Shown here one piece after another: positions 1-7,761 of a stretch of 32,000 bases of DNA. The position numbers and the translations under genes were made by a program. Each line of letters begins with the position of its first letter. Position 1 is the stretch's first letter. Origin of the DNA: Pyrobaculum calidifontis JCM 11548 (GTDB lineage: Archaea > Thermoproteota > Thermoprotei > Thermoproteales > Thermoproteaceae). Location of the stretch: the NCBI RefSeq assembly GCF_000015805.1, contig NC_009073.1:1920001-1952000 (forward strand), in the 5' to 3' direction. Under the pieces are notes generated by a model. It was not told where the DNA came from and ran no database searches. It saw nothing but the letters and a program-made list of their open reading frames with translations.

Positions 1-242
1 TTTATCAGCTCTTCTCTGCTTGTAAATCCCTCGGCCTCTACTACCTCTTCGCCGAGTTTTCCCAGCTCGGTGTAGTACACCCTTGTGATGAGGGCCTCGG
101 CGTATATTTTGTCGCAACAGACTATGTATATGAGAGAGAGCCTCGGCTTCACTACGCCGTATCTAACAGTGACCCTCTTCCTCCCGCTTAGTACGCTCTC
201 CAAATACTTCTCTTTGAATCTAACGAAGGGCCCTATGTCCAC
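1..242 (-). CDS. ASCH/PUA-like domain protein; N-terminal part only, since the gene runs off the left edge
   Basis: An open minus-strand frame reaches position 1. It is absent from the ORF track because it has no in-window stop. GTG at 242 is the likely start (alternative GTG at 254). Translation VDIGPFVRFKEKYLESVLSGRKRVTVRYG...EAEGFTSREELI has a G-x-K-x-x-x-x-R ASCH-like signature. The A/T box 268-277 lies upstream. Confidence 0.45.
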   Translation of the reverse strand, partial: MDIGPFVRFKEKYLESVLSGRKRVTVRYGVVKPRLSLIYIVCCDKIYAEALITRVYYTELGKLGEEVVEAEGFTSREELI

Positions 243-267
243 CTCTCTGCCCACAGACAGCCGAACC

Positions 268-277
268 TTTATATTAA
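268..277. promoter_or_regulatory. shared bidirectional TATA-like box
   Basis: TTTATATTAA lies between divergent starts 242 (-) and 286/295 (+). Confidence 0.5.
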
Positions 278-285
278 TCAACCTT

Positions 286-786
286 ATGTACCCCGTGTGC
301 GAGGTCGCCGCCGTGGAAGACCGCTTGGTCTTCTCAGGCCCCGAGCTTGAGACCGTAATGGCGTATCTAACCGTGAGAAACGTGGCGGAAAGGGTAGAGG
401 TGAGAGACGGGGCCCTTCACATAACGCCCCAGCTCCCGGAGTTGGCCAGCGCCTTGAAGGCCTTGTGCAACTCCGACGTCTCGTCGCTTCTCCTGGACGT
501 AAAAGAGTCGTTGTTGCACATGGGGTGGCTCGTGGAGGGGGGGAGGGACATTGTAAAAATTAGGAGAAGCAGGAGGGCTGGCGTTAGCGGCTTTATAACG
601 TTTGAATACGACAAATTGAACAGAACGGCGTCTGTGGTAACAACCCAGCTCTGCCTCGCCGGGGAGCTACAGAGGCTGGGGTTTGAAGTGTCAGCGTCGA
701 AGTACCTCCTAGAGGCGCGGAGGCACGTGAACTCCCTGGTGGAGGCCATAGAGCTGGAGGAGGAGCTGAGCAAGCTGACATGTTAG
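286..786 (+). CDS. hypothetical protein
   Basis: ORF track 85..786 trimmed, because its 5' part overlaps the divergent minus gene and the shared A/T box 268-277. Plausible starts are ATG 286 or GTG 295; GTG 295 is 23 nt from the box. A 7-nt overlap with the next gene suggests an operon. No family recognised. Confidence 0.5.
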   Translation: MYPVCEVAAVEDRLVFSGPELETVMAYLTVRNVAERVEVRDGALHITPQLPELASALKALCNSDVSSLLLDVKESLLHMGWLVEGGRDIVKIRRSRRAGVSGFITFEYDKLNRTASVVTTQLCLAGELQRLGFEVSASKYLLEARRHVNSLVEAIELEEELSKLTC

Positions 787-1124
787 CGCTTATACTCCTA
801 GTAGCTCAAATCGCGGTAGTGGCCTTCGCCGTGTATACGGGCCGGCGGAGGCTTAAGGCCATGATAAACGACGCACAAAACCACACAGAGGAGCTCGTGA
901 AAGAGGACTTGCCCGAGGTGGACAAGTCCATCCTAAAGCTACTGGCCGAGAGACAAGGCGTCGTGTACCAGAGCGAGATTATGAAGGTGTTAGGCCTTCC
1001 TAAGAGCACGGTACACAAGGCGTTGAGGAGGCTCAGCGAGGCTGGCTACGTCGAAATACAAAAACGCGGTCGGCTTAACGTCGTTGTGCTTAAACGTCCT
1101 ACTTCAGAGGCTTCAACAACTTAA
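780..1124 (+). CDS. membrane-anchored winged-helix (MarR/TrmB-like) DNA-binding protein
   Basis: N-terminal hydrophobic helix LALILLVAQIAVVAFAVYTG, followed by a wHTH-like segment DKSILKLLAERQGVVYQSEIMKVLGLPKSTVHKALRRLSEAGYVEIQKRG. Confidence 0.6.
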   Translation: MLALILLVAQIAVVAFAVYTGRRRLKAMINDAQNHTEELVKEDLPEVDKSILKLLAERQGVVYQSEIMKVLGLPKSTVHKALRRLSEAGYVEIQKRGRLNVVVLKRPTSEASTT

Positions 1125-1518
1125 CTTCGCCGTATTTGCGCAGAGTGTCGATTATCAGCGGGAGGGGGGCTTCCTCCAAGCCGCTGTAGCCCGCAAGTCT
1201 TACGTCGTCCTCTGTAACTCTGATAAATCCGCTTCCAACCCTAATAGTGACCTCTTTTGGCCCATAAACAATCTTAAACCTCTGCCTAGCCTCAGCCAGC
1301 AACTTAGCTATCTCGGCGGCTAGGGCCAATTGCTCCTTAGTAGGCTTACCCCGCGGCTTTCTCTTCTTCAGCTCACTCAAGTCCTCTTGAGAAAAGTCGC
1401 CCTTCACTACGCCTTTAACCTTATCCACCACCACTAAGTTCCCCTCGTAGTCTACTACCTCTACGTTCTCGCCTCTCTCCACCCTAGCCACTAGCTCTTG
1501 TAACGTTATCTTCTCCAC
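1099..1518 (-). CDS. hypothetical protein
   Basis: ORF track 1099..1596 trimmed to in-frame GTG 1518 (VEKITLQELVARVERG...), about 23 nt downstream of a TTTTAAAT box. The longer form would run through the divergent gene's start. No family recognised. Confidence 0.5.
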   Translation of the reverse strand: MEKITLQELVARVERGENVEVVDYEGNLVVVDKVKGVVKGDFSQEDLSELKKRKPRGKPTKEQLALAAEIAKLLAEARQRFKIVYGPKEVTIRVGSGFIRVTEDDVRLAGYSGLEEAPLPLIIDTLRKYGEVKLLKPLK

Positions 1519-1527
1519 GGGGGGCTC

Positions 1528-1545
1528 AAATATTAAATTTAAAAC
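1528..1545. promoter_or_regulatory. two crossed TATA boxes for divergent genes
   Basis: AAATATTAAATTTAAAAC. The left half is about 25 nt from + start 1558. The right half is about 23 nt from - start 1518. Confidence 0.55.
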
Positions 1546-1557
1546 GTTTAGCCGGAC

Positions 1558-1743
1558 GTGGACTCCGCTTCCCCAGCCTCCGAATATCTTGCACACTTGT
1601 CCAAGTGCCCCTCCTGTGGGAGAGATATGGAGGTGGTCAACCAGTTTCTGAGAATAGACCAGCTGACGGGCAGGAGAGTCTTTGAGAGAAGTCTAACGTG
1701 TAAGTGGTGTGGTATAAAAATTAGGCAGTATGTACAACTATGA
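1558..1743 (+). CDS. small zinc-ribbon protein
   Basis: GTG 1558 lies about 25 nt after the AATATTAAA box. Two CxxC pairs (CPSC ... CKWC). ATGA overlap with the next gene. Confidence 0.5.
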   Translation: MDSASPASEYLAHLSKCPSCGRDMEVVNQFLRIDQLTGRRVFERSLTCKWCGIKIRQYVQL

Positions 1744-2237
1744 GCAGGGCAGTGCTCTACAAAAGGTCGGAGGAGTTAAAACAGCGCTACTCCCTCTACG
1801 GCTTGTTCACAGCCGTGTTCTACCTAGTCACTCTGCTGGTCGGCGGGGTAGTATACGCCTCGAGTAATCTCCCAGTGTACTTAAGCAGAAACGCCGCGGC
1901 GGCAAGCGGCTACGGCGATGTCATTTTTCTACAGAGCATCTTGGTCCTCATCTCCTTTATACTTCTGGCAACGTCGGCGCTTTTGATCTTCCTCTCCAGG
2001 GCAACTACATCCAGGGGAGAGTTTGCGTCGAGCTTTAAACTCCTCTACTCAGCAATTGTAACCGCTGGGGTTGCTCTGGGCTTCTCCGCCTCTGCCGCAG
2101 CGCCGCCAGCCTCGGGGATAGTGGGCTGGCCCCTCTACCTCTACCTAGCCCTCATCGCCGCCTCTCTAGCCATGACCATTTTCGCCATTACAATCCTAAG
2201 AGGCGTCACCAGCTACTATGCGCCTAGGCGGAAGTAG
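1740..2237 (+). CDS. integral membrane protein (about 4 TM helices)
   Basis: Four long hydrophobic segments, e.g. LFTAVFYLVTLLVGGVVYA and LYLYLALIAASLAMTIFAITIL. Start is coupled to the upstream zinc-ribbon gene. Confidence 0.6.
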   Translation: MSRAVLYKRSEELKQRYSLYGLFTAVFYLVTLLVGGVVYASSNLPVYLSRNAAAASGYGDVIFLQSILVLISFILLATSALLIFLSRATTSRGEFASSFKLLYSAIVTAGVALGFSASAAAPPASGIVGWPLYLYLALIAASLAMTIFAITILRGVTSYYAPRRK

Positions 2238-2788
2238 CGCGCCGGATCGCCTGTCTTCTCAATAAGAGATAAGCTGACAAGCGCGTTTAGCAGGTTGTTC
2301 AAAGGCGCCTCCAGCCCTTCGCATTTGAAAACGGCGCAAAACGCTTTCAACGGCTGGTATAAGTCGAGCTTTACCACATACGGCGTTTTAACAAGCCTAG
2401 AAATCACGTCGCCTTTAAACACGGCTGATACCCACGCCGGAAATGCCCGCTCCTTTCTCTCCCGCTCCAAGAGTTTTACAAGTCCCATTAGGCTTTTGAG
2501 GAATACAACCCCCAGCTCAACTCTGTCGTATTTCTCCAGTTGCCGCGTTATGTGCTTCCCTAAGTCTATGTAGACGTCGAGCACTGGCTCAAGGCGCTTC
2601 ATGAACTTGACGCCCTCCACCGCCATGTCGCACTTAGCCTTGTCTGGACAAGTGGAGCAGGCATCGCCCAGCTTTTCTCGGGCACAGACGACGCATGTCC
2701 CAGTAATTTTACACATGTCAAGAGCCGGCGCCGTGAAGCCGCAGGAGGGGCAGGTGGCTATCCCCTTGGCAACCTCTAGATTGCCCAC
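2216..2788 (-). CDS. cysteine-rich protein (three CxxC motifs) with a helical C-terminal domain
   Basis: ORF track 2216..3169 trimmed, because the upstream 380 nt is antisense to the ATP-grasp gene. In-frame GTG 2788 (VGNLEVAKGIATCPSCG...) lies about 23 nt from TTATATAT (2815->2806). Cysteine motifs: CPSC, CVVC, CSTC. Start is uncertain. Confidence 0.45.
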   Translation of the reverse strand: MGNLEVAKGIATCPSCGFTAPALDMCKITGTCVVCAREKLGDACSTCPDKAKCDMAVEGVKFMKRLEPVLDVYIDLGKHITRQLEKYDRVELGVVFLKSLMGLVKLLERERKERAFPAWVSAVFKGDVISRLVKTPYVVKLDLYQPLKAFCAVFKCEGLEAPLNNLLNALVSLSLIEKTGDPARYFRLGA

Positions 2789-2790
2789 TA

Positions 2791-2815
2791 GTATAAATAG
2801 TCCCCCATATATAAT
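2791..2815. promoter_or_regulatory. two crossed TATA boxes for divergent genes
   Basis: GTATAAATAG (2791-2800) lies 25 nt from + ATG 2820. TTATATATGG on the minus strand (2815->2806) lies about 23 nt from - GTG 2788. Confidence 0.55.
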
Positions 2816-2819
2816 TGAC

Positions 2820-3698
2820 ATGAGCGTCGCCATAGTGGCGGAGGCCCAGACGCCGGATGAGCCAACGCGAGATATATACTTCGAAGTCAAGAAGAGGGGG
2901 CTTAAGACTAGGTATATACCTATACAGAGGCTATCTGTCAGAGTAGCCGAAGGGGGAGCCGTGGTGGAGACGCGCAGAGGGCCTCTCGACGCCTCGGTGG
3001 TTGTGGTAAGGGGGCTGGGGTATGTGGTAGACAGCAACACCTTAATGCGGCGTGTGTCCACAATTAGAATCCTCGAGAGAAGCGGCGTGGCAGTCATAAA
3101 CCCAGTAGACGCGCTTATGACGTGTAGAAATAAGCTGGAGAGCATATACCTCCTCAAGCTCGCGGGCATTAGAGTCCCCTACACGGTGGCCACGGAGGAC
3201 TTATACTACGGATACGCCGCCGCTAAGGAGATGGGGAAGGTGGTGATAAAGCCCATACAGGGTAGCCGGGGCTTCGGCGCCATGATGTTCAACGACCCAG
3301 AGGTGGCCTTCCAAGTAATGCGCACGCTTCTTGTGGCGAGGAACCCCCTCTACATACAGCAGTACATAGAAAAGCCAAATAGAGACATAAGGATAATAGT
3401 AGTGGACGGAAGGCCCATCGGCTGTATGTACCGGGTGTCTAACAGCTGGAAGACCAATATAGCGCAGGGCGCTGTGGGCATTCCTTGCAAGCTCGACGCC
3501 GAGTTAGAGGACATAGCGGTCAAGGCCACTAAGACGCTGGGCCTCGTCTACTCCGGAGTGGACATAGGCGAGGGGAGAGAGGGCTATGTGGTGTTTGAGG
3601 TCAACGCGAGCCCCGACTGGCGGGGGTTTAAACAAGCCACTGGGATAAACCCCGCCGTGTACTTAGCCGACTACATAGAGCGCGTGGCTAGGCGATAA
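2820..3698 (+). CDS. RimK/LysX-family ATP-grasp ligase
   Basis: ORF track 2601..3698 trimmed to ATG 2820, 25 nt after GTATAAATAG. The C-terminal half LYIQQYIEKPNRDIRIIVVDGRPIGCMYRVSNSWKTNIAQGA...FEVNASPDW closely resembles LysX/RimK as I recall them. Confidence 0.8.
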   Translation: MSVAIVAEAQTPDEPTRDIYFEVKKRGLKTRYIPIQRLSVRVAEGGAVVETRRGPLDASVVVVRGLGYVVDSNTLMRRVSTIRILERSGVAVINPVDALMTCRNKLESIYLLKLAGIRVPYTVATEDLYYGYAAAKEMGKVVIKPIQGSRGFGAMMFNDPEVAFQVMRTLLVARNPLYIQQYIEKPNRDIRIIVVDGRPIGCMYRVSNSWKTNIAQGAVGIPCKLDAELEDIAVKATKTLGLVYSGVDIGEGREGYVVFEVNASPDWRGFKQATGINPAVYLADYIERVARR

Positions 3699-3706
3699 TT
3701 ATTTTA
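3695..3706 (+). promoter_or_regulatory. TATA box of the small zinc-ribbon gene
   Basis: ATAATTATTTTA, about 26 nt upstream of GTG 3727. It overlaps the ATP-grasp stop codon. Confidence 0.5.
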
Positions 3707-3726
3707 CCTCCCACGAGAGCGGCCCT

Positions 3727-3915
3727 GTGACTAAGTGGATTTTGAAGTGCATGACATGCGGCGAAGAGAGGATACTCGACGTGGGGTTTAATCTGGCCCT
3801 CTTTGGGGGGAAGCTCTTCATATACTGCAGGCGTTGTAAGGCCAATAGAGAGCACCTAATACTGGGGTGCCTAGACGGCGAGTGCCCAGCGAGTGGGGCA
3901 GATGTAATAGATTAG
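3727..3915 (+). CDS. small zinc-ribbon protein
   Basis: GTG 3727 lies about 26 nt after ATAATTATTTTA. CMTC ... CRRC form two CxxC pairs. The tail after the second pair ends ...ECPASGADVID. Confidence 0.5.
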   Translation: MTKWILKCMTCGEERILDVGFNLALFGGKLFIYCRRCKANREHLILGCLDGECPASGADVID

Positions 3916-4583
3916 CAGATGAGCCTCAGTTGTATAATGCTACTGGTTATTAGGTGAGAAAGCGCGTTGATGCTCCCCAACGTGTTTAACACCTTGCCCA
4001 ACTCCTCCGCCTCCTCTGGGTCAAGCTTGTCTAAGATCCGCTTTGCCTCCAGCCTCTCCCTCTTCTTCTCAAGCTCCGCCTTTAGCTGAGACAGGGACTG
4101 GTTGACAGAGGCCATGCTCTTCTCCATGTCTAGGCAGGCTTGCCTAAGCCGCCTCTCCCTCTCCTGCAACCTCTTTATCTGCTCGTTGTACACGTCCATC
4201 CCTATGACTCCCTTTAGCAGCGCCTCCTCAAGCTTGTGGTAAGACTTGTCCAGCTCTCCTCTGGCCTTCTTCAACTCCTCAATCATCTTGTTAACTTCTC
4301 TGACCTTTATTTCGAAGAACTTGGGCAACGCCGAGACGTCTAAGTCCACGTACTCCCTAGTTATCTTAACCCTGGTGTTGGAAGTGTCTAGGTAGTACGT
4401 CTGCCCATTTGCGTCCTTTACCTCAAGCGAGACGAGCTTCTTCCTCTTTACGTCGAACTCCCCCTTCTCAGCCACGCCTATTAACAGAACTCCGCCAATG
4501 TAGACGGGCTTCCCTCTGACGGTGGGGAGCTTTACGTCCTTCTCCTTCTGCTTAGCGACAGCGCCGAAAAGCCTCCAAAACAC
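3912..4583 (-). CDS. coiled-coil protein with an N-terminal beta-rich, PRC-barrel-like domain
   Basis: ORF track 3912..4646 trimmed to GTG 4583, 22 nt from the shared TATTAATATA box. N-terminal segment: RGKPVYIGGVLLIGVAEKGEFDVKRKKLVSLEVKDANGQTYYLDTSNTRVKITREYVDLDV. It is followed by about 110 aa of heptad-like charged helix (EELKKARGELDKSYHKLEE...LKAELEKKRERLEAKR). Confidence 0.55.
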   Translation of the reverse strand: MFWRLFGAVAKQKEKDVKLPTVRGKPVYIGGVLLIGVAEKGEFDVKRKKLVSLEVKDANGQTYYLDTSNTRVKITREYVDLDVSALPKFFEIKVREVNKMIEELKKARGELDKSYHKLEEALLKGVIGMDVYNEQIKRLQERERRLRQACLDMEKSMASVNQSLSQLKAELEKKRERLEAKRILDKLDPEEAEELGKVLNTLGSINALSHLITSSIIQLRLIC

Positions 4584-4600
4584 GTAACACGCCGCACAGG

Positions 4601-4610
4601 TATTAATATA
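4601..4610. promoter_or_regulatory. shared bidirectional TATA box
   Basis: Near-palindromic TATTAATATA, 22-24 nt from both starts (4583 - and 4629 +). Confidence 0.6.
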
Positions 4611-4628
4611 GCCAAGGTTCAAGATACG

Positions 4629-5213
4629 GTGTATACGCTTGAGCAACTACATGAGGAGATAAAGAGGTGTACAAGGTGTCCACTGCACAAGACTAGGCGC
4701 AACGCTGTCCCTGGCGAGGGGAGTGGAAGACTTGGCATAATGATAGTCGGCGAGGCGCCGGGCTCCAGCGAAGACGAGCAAGGCAGACCCTTCGTGGGAG
4801 CGGCGGGCAGTCTGTTGAACAAGACGTTGTCGACGCTAGGCGTAGAGAGGGGGGACCTCTATATTACAAACGTGGTGAAGTGCAGGCCGCCGGGAAACAG
4901 GACGCCTACGCGCGAGGAGGTGGCCGCCTGTCTACCATATCTACTGCGCCAGATAGAGATATTGAGGCCTAGGCGCATAATTGCGCTTGGCGCAGTAAGC
5001 GCCGGCGCACTCCTGGGGCTCATTGGGCGCCAAGTGGAAAGAGTTGGAGATGTGAGAGGCAAGTGTTTCCGTGGGAAAGTGGCGGGCGTTGACGTAGAGA
5101 TCTGTGTGACATATCACCCAGCGGCAGTCCTTAGAAACCCAAGGCTTAGAGGGACGTTTGCAGAAGACTTGGCGGCTTTCCTAGGCGGGGGAGGGCTTGA
5201 GCGGTACTTCTAA
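4629..5213 (+). CDS. udg: uracil-DNA glycosylase, family 4 (Fe-S type)
   Basis: Motifs CTRCPLH and VGEAPGSSEDEQGRPFVGAAG, plus HPAAVLRNP near the C-terminus. GTG start lies 23 nt after TATTAATATA. Confidence 0.85.
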   Translation: MYTLEQLHEEIKRCTRCPLHKTRRNAVPGEGSGRLGIMIVGEAPGSSEDEQGRPFVGAAGSLLNKTLSTLGVERGDLYITNVVKCRPPGNRTPTREEVAACLPYLLRQIEILRPRRIIALGAVSAGALLGLIGRQVERVGDVRGKCFRGKVAGVDVEICVTYHPAAVLRNPRLRGTFAEDLAAFLGGGGLERYF

Positions 5214-5225
5214 AAAGTTTAATAG
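5211..5225 (+). promoter_or_regulatory. BRE/TATA-like box
   Basis: TAAAAAGTTTAATAG lies 20-24 nt upstream of GTG 5240. Confidence 0.45.
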
Positions 5226-5239
5226 GTGTAGTATGTCCC

Positions 5240-6127
5240 GTGGACTTTCTGTGCGCTAGGCGCGGGTGCTCTGCCGAGGATCACCTGAAGGAGTTTGACT
5301 ATGGGTCTAGCCGCTACGGCCTTGGACATGTCAAGAGGGCTCTGTTGAACCTCACCGCGGAGCAGATGGCGGTGTTGCAGAAGATCAGCGTCAACTGGGT
5401 TAATACGAAGAACCCCATCTACATGTTTCTCTCTGGGAGCGTCGTAGTTGACTGCATATGGGACGACAGTTTGTGCAAACACTTGGATGCCATTAGTAAA
5501 TCCGGCGCCGCGGAGCGCCAGGGCTCCGCCTTCTACCTGCCTTACACGTTGCTCAGCGAGGAGGTGCTAGAGAACCTGCCCCTCCCCGAGCTGTCCGAGG
5601 AGGACTATGAGATCAAGAGACCCTACGTAGTAAGCCTCAAGGGCATAGCCGGTGAGGCGGACGTAGTTGAAGCATTGGCGTCTTTCTTCGAAAGGGCCTC
5701 GGTGTTTCTGGGGAGGAGGATTGCCAAGGTTGTGAGGAAGGTGCCATATGTGCCTCAACTCGCCAACAAATACACAGACAGGATTGATATACTCTTAAAG
5801 GGGGTTGACAACAGCTTGATCGGATTTAGCTACGTGGACGTGACTAAGACATACCACCTGGGGTTTACAGCTGCCAAAAATCTCTTGATGTATGGGCTCG
5901 ACTACGTAGTCATACTCCACCCATATGTTGACCACGACTTTCACAAGGGCGTAGGTAATAGAATTAAGAACCGCTGGGACATCGCGGAGGTGGGCTACGC
6001 ATCGGTGAATTTGATGGAGGAGGAGGTGCACATGTACAAATTGCCTAGGGCTAACAGGTACCTAAAGATGAGCCTCTCTGCGCAGAAGTACTCCAGCCTA
6101 ATTAGGGACTACGTGGAGACGCTATGA
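5240..6127 (+). CDS. hypothetical protein
   Basis: Long ORF with a coding-like composition. GTG 5240 follows the A/T box 5211-5225. ATGA overlap with the next gene. Family not recognised. The segment DRIDILLKG...FSYVDVTK is only loosely nuclease-like. Confidence 0.6.
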   Translation: MDFLCARRGCSAEDHLKEFDYGSSRYGLGHVKRALLNLTAEQMAVLQKISVNWVNTKNPIYMFLSGSVVVDCIWDDSLCKHLDAISKSGAAERQGSAFYLPYTLLSEEVLENLPLPELSEEDYEIKRPYVVSLKGIAGEADVVEALASFFERASVFLGRRIAKVVRKVPYVPQLANKYTDRIDILLKGVDNSLIGFSYVDVTKTYHLGFTAAKNLLMYGLDYVVILHPYVDHDFHKGVGNRIKNRWDIAEVGYASVNLMEEEVHMYKLPRANRYLKMSLSAQKYSSLIRDYVETL

Positions 6128-7731
6128 GGACTTTTGAACGCGCCTATTCCATCCTCTTTGGCAAGTCTGCCAAGAACATAGCCGTCGTAGCAACGCTACT
6201 GCTGGCTCTACTGGCTACGATTGAGAGCTTGAGCCACCCACTTGCCCTACTTTACTACGCCGTATTTACGCTGGCCATGTTCGCCGTAGTGTTTGTGGCA
6301 GAGAGAGACGTGATTAATCCCAGGAGGGCTTATTACGTCTCCGCCGTGTCGGCCACTGCGACGGCGTTATTCGACGTGTTGTTTAAAAAGCCGCCTCTCG
6401 CCTTTGCCCTAATTGGCGCCTCCATAGTTGCCGTCGTTTTGCAGTCTCTCAAGTGCAAGTCGCCGGCCTTCTTAGCCCCCCTCTTCACAACCTCGGTTTT
6501 ATACTATGCGCTAGGGTTCGCCGCCCTAGCCGTGGCCACGTTACTATACGCCGCCGTTATATACGGCATAAAGCCCGTGATTAACAGAATAACCGGCGGC
6601 CTAGATGCCATGTGCATGTTTTCTAGCTTTATATACGCAGTGTTTGCCGAAGACGACGTAATAGAGGACGCGTTTAGAGAGCTTGGAACTGTGGAGAGAG
6701 TCCCTCTTCACCTCTACGTAATTGGCAAGAGGCATGTGGTAGTGGTATCAGACTTTCACCCTGGGCCTTTTAGGCATATTGGGGGAGGCATGTTGGTGGA
6801 TATTTTAAACAGAGAGGTTGAGAAACTTGGCTTCACTTTCACGTTTTTACACGGCGTGGGTAGCCACGAGAGAGACCCCGTCTCTCAACATGCCGTATCT
6901 AAGATAGTCAACGCGGTTAAGGACGCCTTGTACTATATGCAAGACGGAGCGCCGGCAAGCGGCGTGGCTCCCACTAAAGTGGTTATTGGCGATGTAAAGT
7001 TGGTGGGATTTAGCTTGGGGACTTTGCCTCACCTCGCGGTTGTGAGTAGGGTCAACTCTGCCACAGATGATATTCCGCTCTGGGTTGCCCGGCGCGTAGA
7101 GGGCGGTATGTACGTACTTGTGGACGCGCAGAATAGGTTTGATGGAGTGGTGAGGTGGCGGGAGGCCGACGTGGAGAACTTGGCTGAGGCAATCAAAGCG
7201 CTACACGAGGCTCCCCACTGCGGCGCTTTCGAAATCGGCGTAGGCAAAGCCAGCGCGGAGCATATAGATCCGCTGGGGCTTGAGATTGGGCCAGCCGGAG
7301 TCTCAGCCATAGCAGTGACGTGCGATGGGAGGAGGGGGCTCCTCATAGTGTTCGATGGGAATAACTTAGACAGGAAACTTTACGACGAGTTAGTGAAGAG
7401 GTACGGGTCAAGGTACGACGTGGTTGAAATAGCCACTACAGATACTCACAGGTCTACCGGTGTCGGATTTGGCAAGGGGTACCGCGTGGTGGGCGAGAGG
7501 CTAAGCCACCAGCGAATTTTGGAGGTGGTGGACAGGGCTGTTAAAGCGGCAGAAGCCTCTCTAGGCCCGCATAGAGTATCATACCGGAGGCTAGAGGTGG
7601 AGGCGGAGGTCTTGGGGGAGCTGGGGTTTCAGAGAATTCAGAGGGCGGTCAGAGTATACAAGAGGGTCGGCGCGTTAATCGTGTCTGTGATATTTGTTTT
7701 GCCTCTGGTCGTAATTTCGCTGTTGGCATAA
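6124..7731 (+). CDS. polytopic membrane protein with a large C-terminal soluble domain (DUF2070-like)
   Basis: The N-terminal ~170 aa are multi-TM and there is a terminal TM (ALIVSVIFVLPLVVISLL). The architecture matches archaeal DUF2070 proteins as I recall them. Family assignment is unverified. Confidence 0.6.
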   Translation: MRTFERAYSILFGKSAKNIAVVATLLLALLATIESLSHPLALLYYAVFTLAMFAVVFVAERDVINPRRAYYVSAVSATATALFDVLFKKPPLAFALIGASIVAVVLQSLKCKSPAFLAPLFTTSVLYYALGFAALAVATLLYAAVIYGIKPVINRITGGLDAMCMFSSFIYAVFAEDDVIEDAFRELGTVERVPLHLYVIGKRHVVVVSDFHPGPFRHIGGGMLVDILNREVEKLGFTFTFLHGVGSHERDPVSQHAVSKIVNAVKDALYYMQDGAPASGVAPTKVVIGDVKLVGFSLGTLPHLAVVSRVNSATDDIPLWVARRVEGGMYVLVDAQNRFDGVVRWREADVENLAEAIKALHEAPHCGAFEIGVGKASAEHIDPLGLEIGPAGVSAIAVTCDGRRGLLIVFDGNNLDRKLYDELVKRYGSRYDVVEIATTDTHRSTGVGFGKGYRVVGERLSHQRILEVVDRAVKAAEASLGPHRVSYRRLEVEAEVLGELGFQRIQRAVRVYKRVGALIVSVIFVLPLVVISLLA

Positions 7732-7733
7732 GG

Positions 7734-7742
7734 CTTATATAC
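7734..7742 (+). promoter_or_regulatory. TATA box
   Basis: CTTATATAC, 24 nt upstream of ATG 7762. Confidence 0.55.
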
Positions 7743-7761
7743 AGACACGAGGGGGTTAATC

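Noticed and set aside
85-91. A perfect C-box-like GTGATGA on the + strand.
   Set aside because: No CUGA D' or D box lies at 12-nt or ~38-nt spacing downstream. It lies antisense within the ASCH-like coding region.
2601-3169. Mutually overlapping long forms of ORFs 2601..3698 (+) and 2216..3169 (-).
   Set aside because: They cannot both be real over 570 nt. The recognisable ATP-grasp homology begins at ATG 2820. Two TATA boxes at 2791-2815 fit starts at 2820 (+) and 2788 (-). The extensions have no recognisable features.
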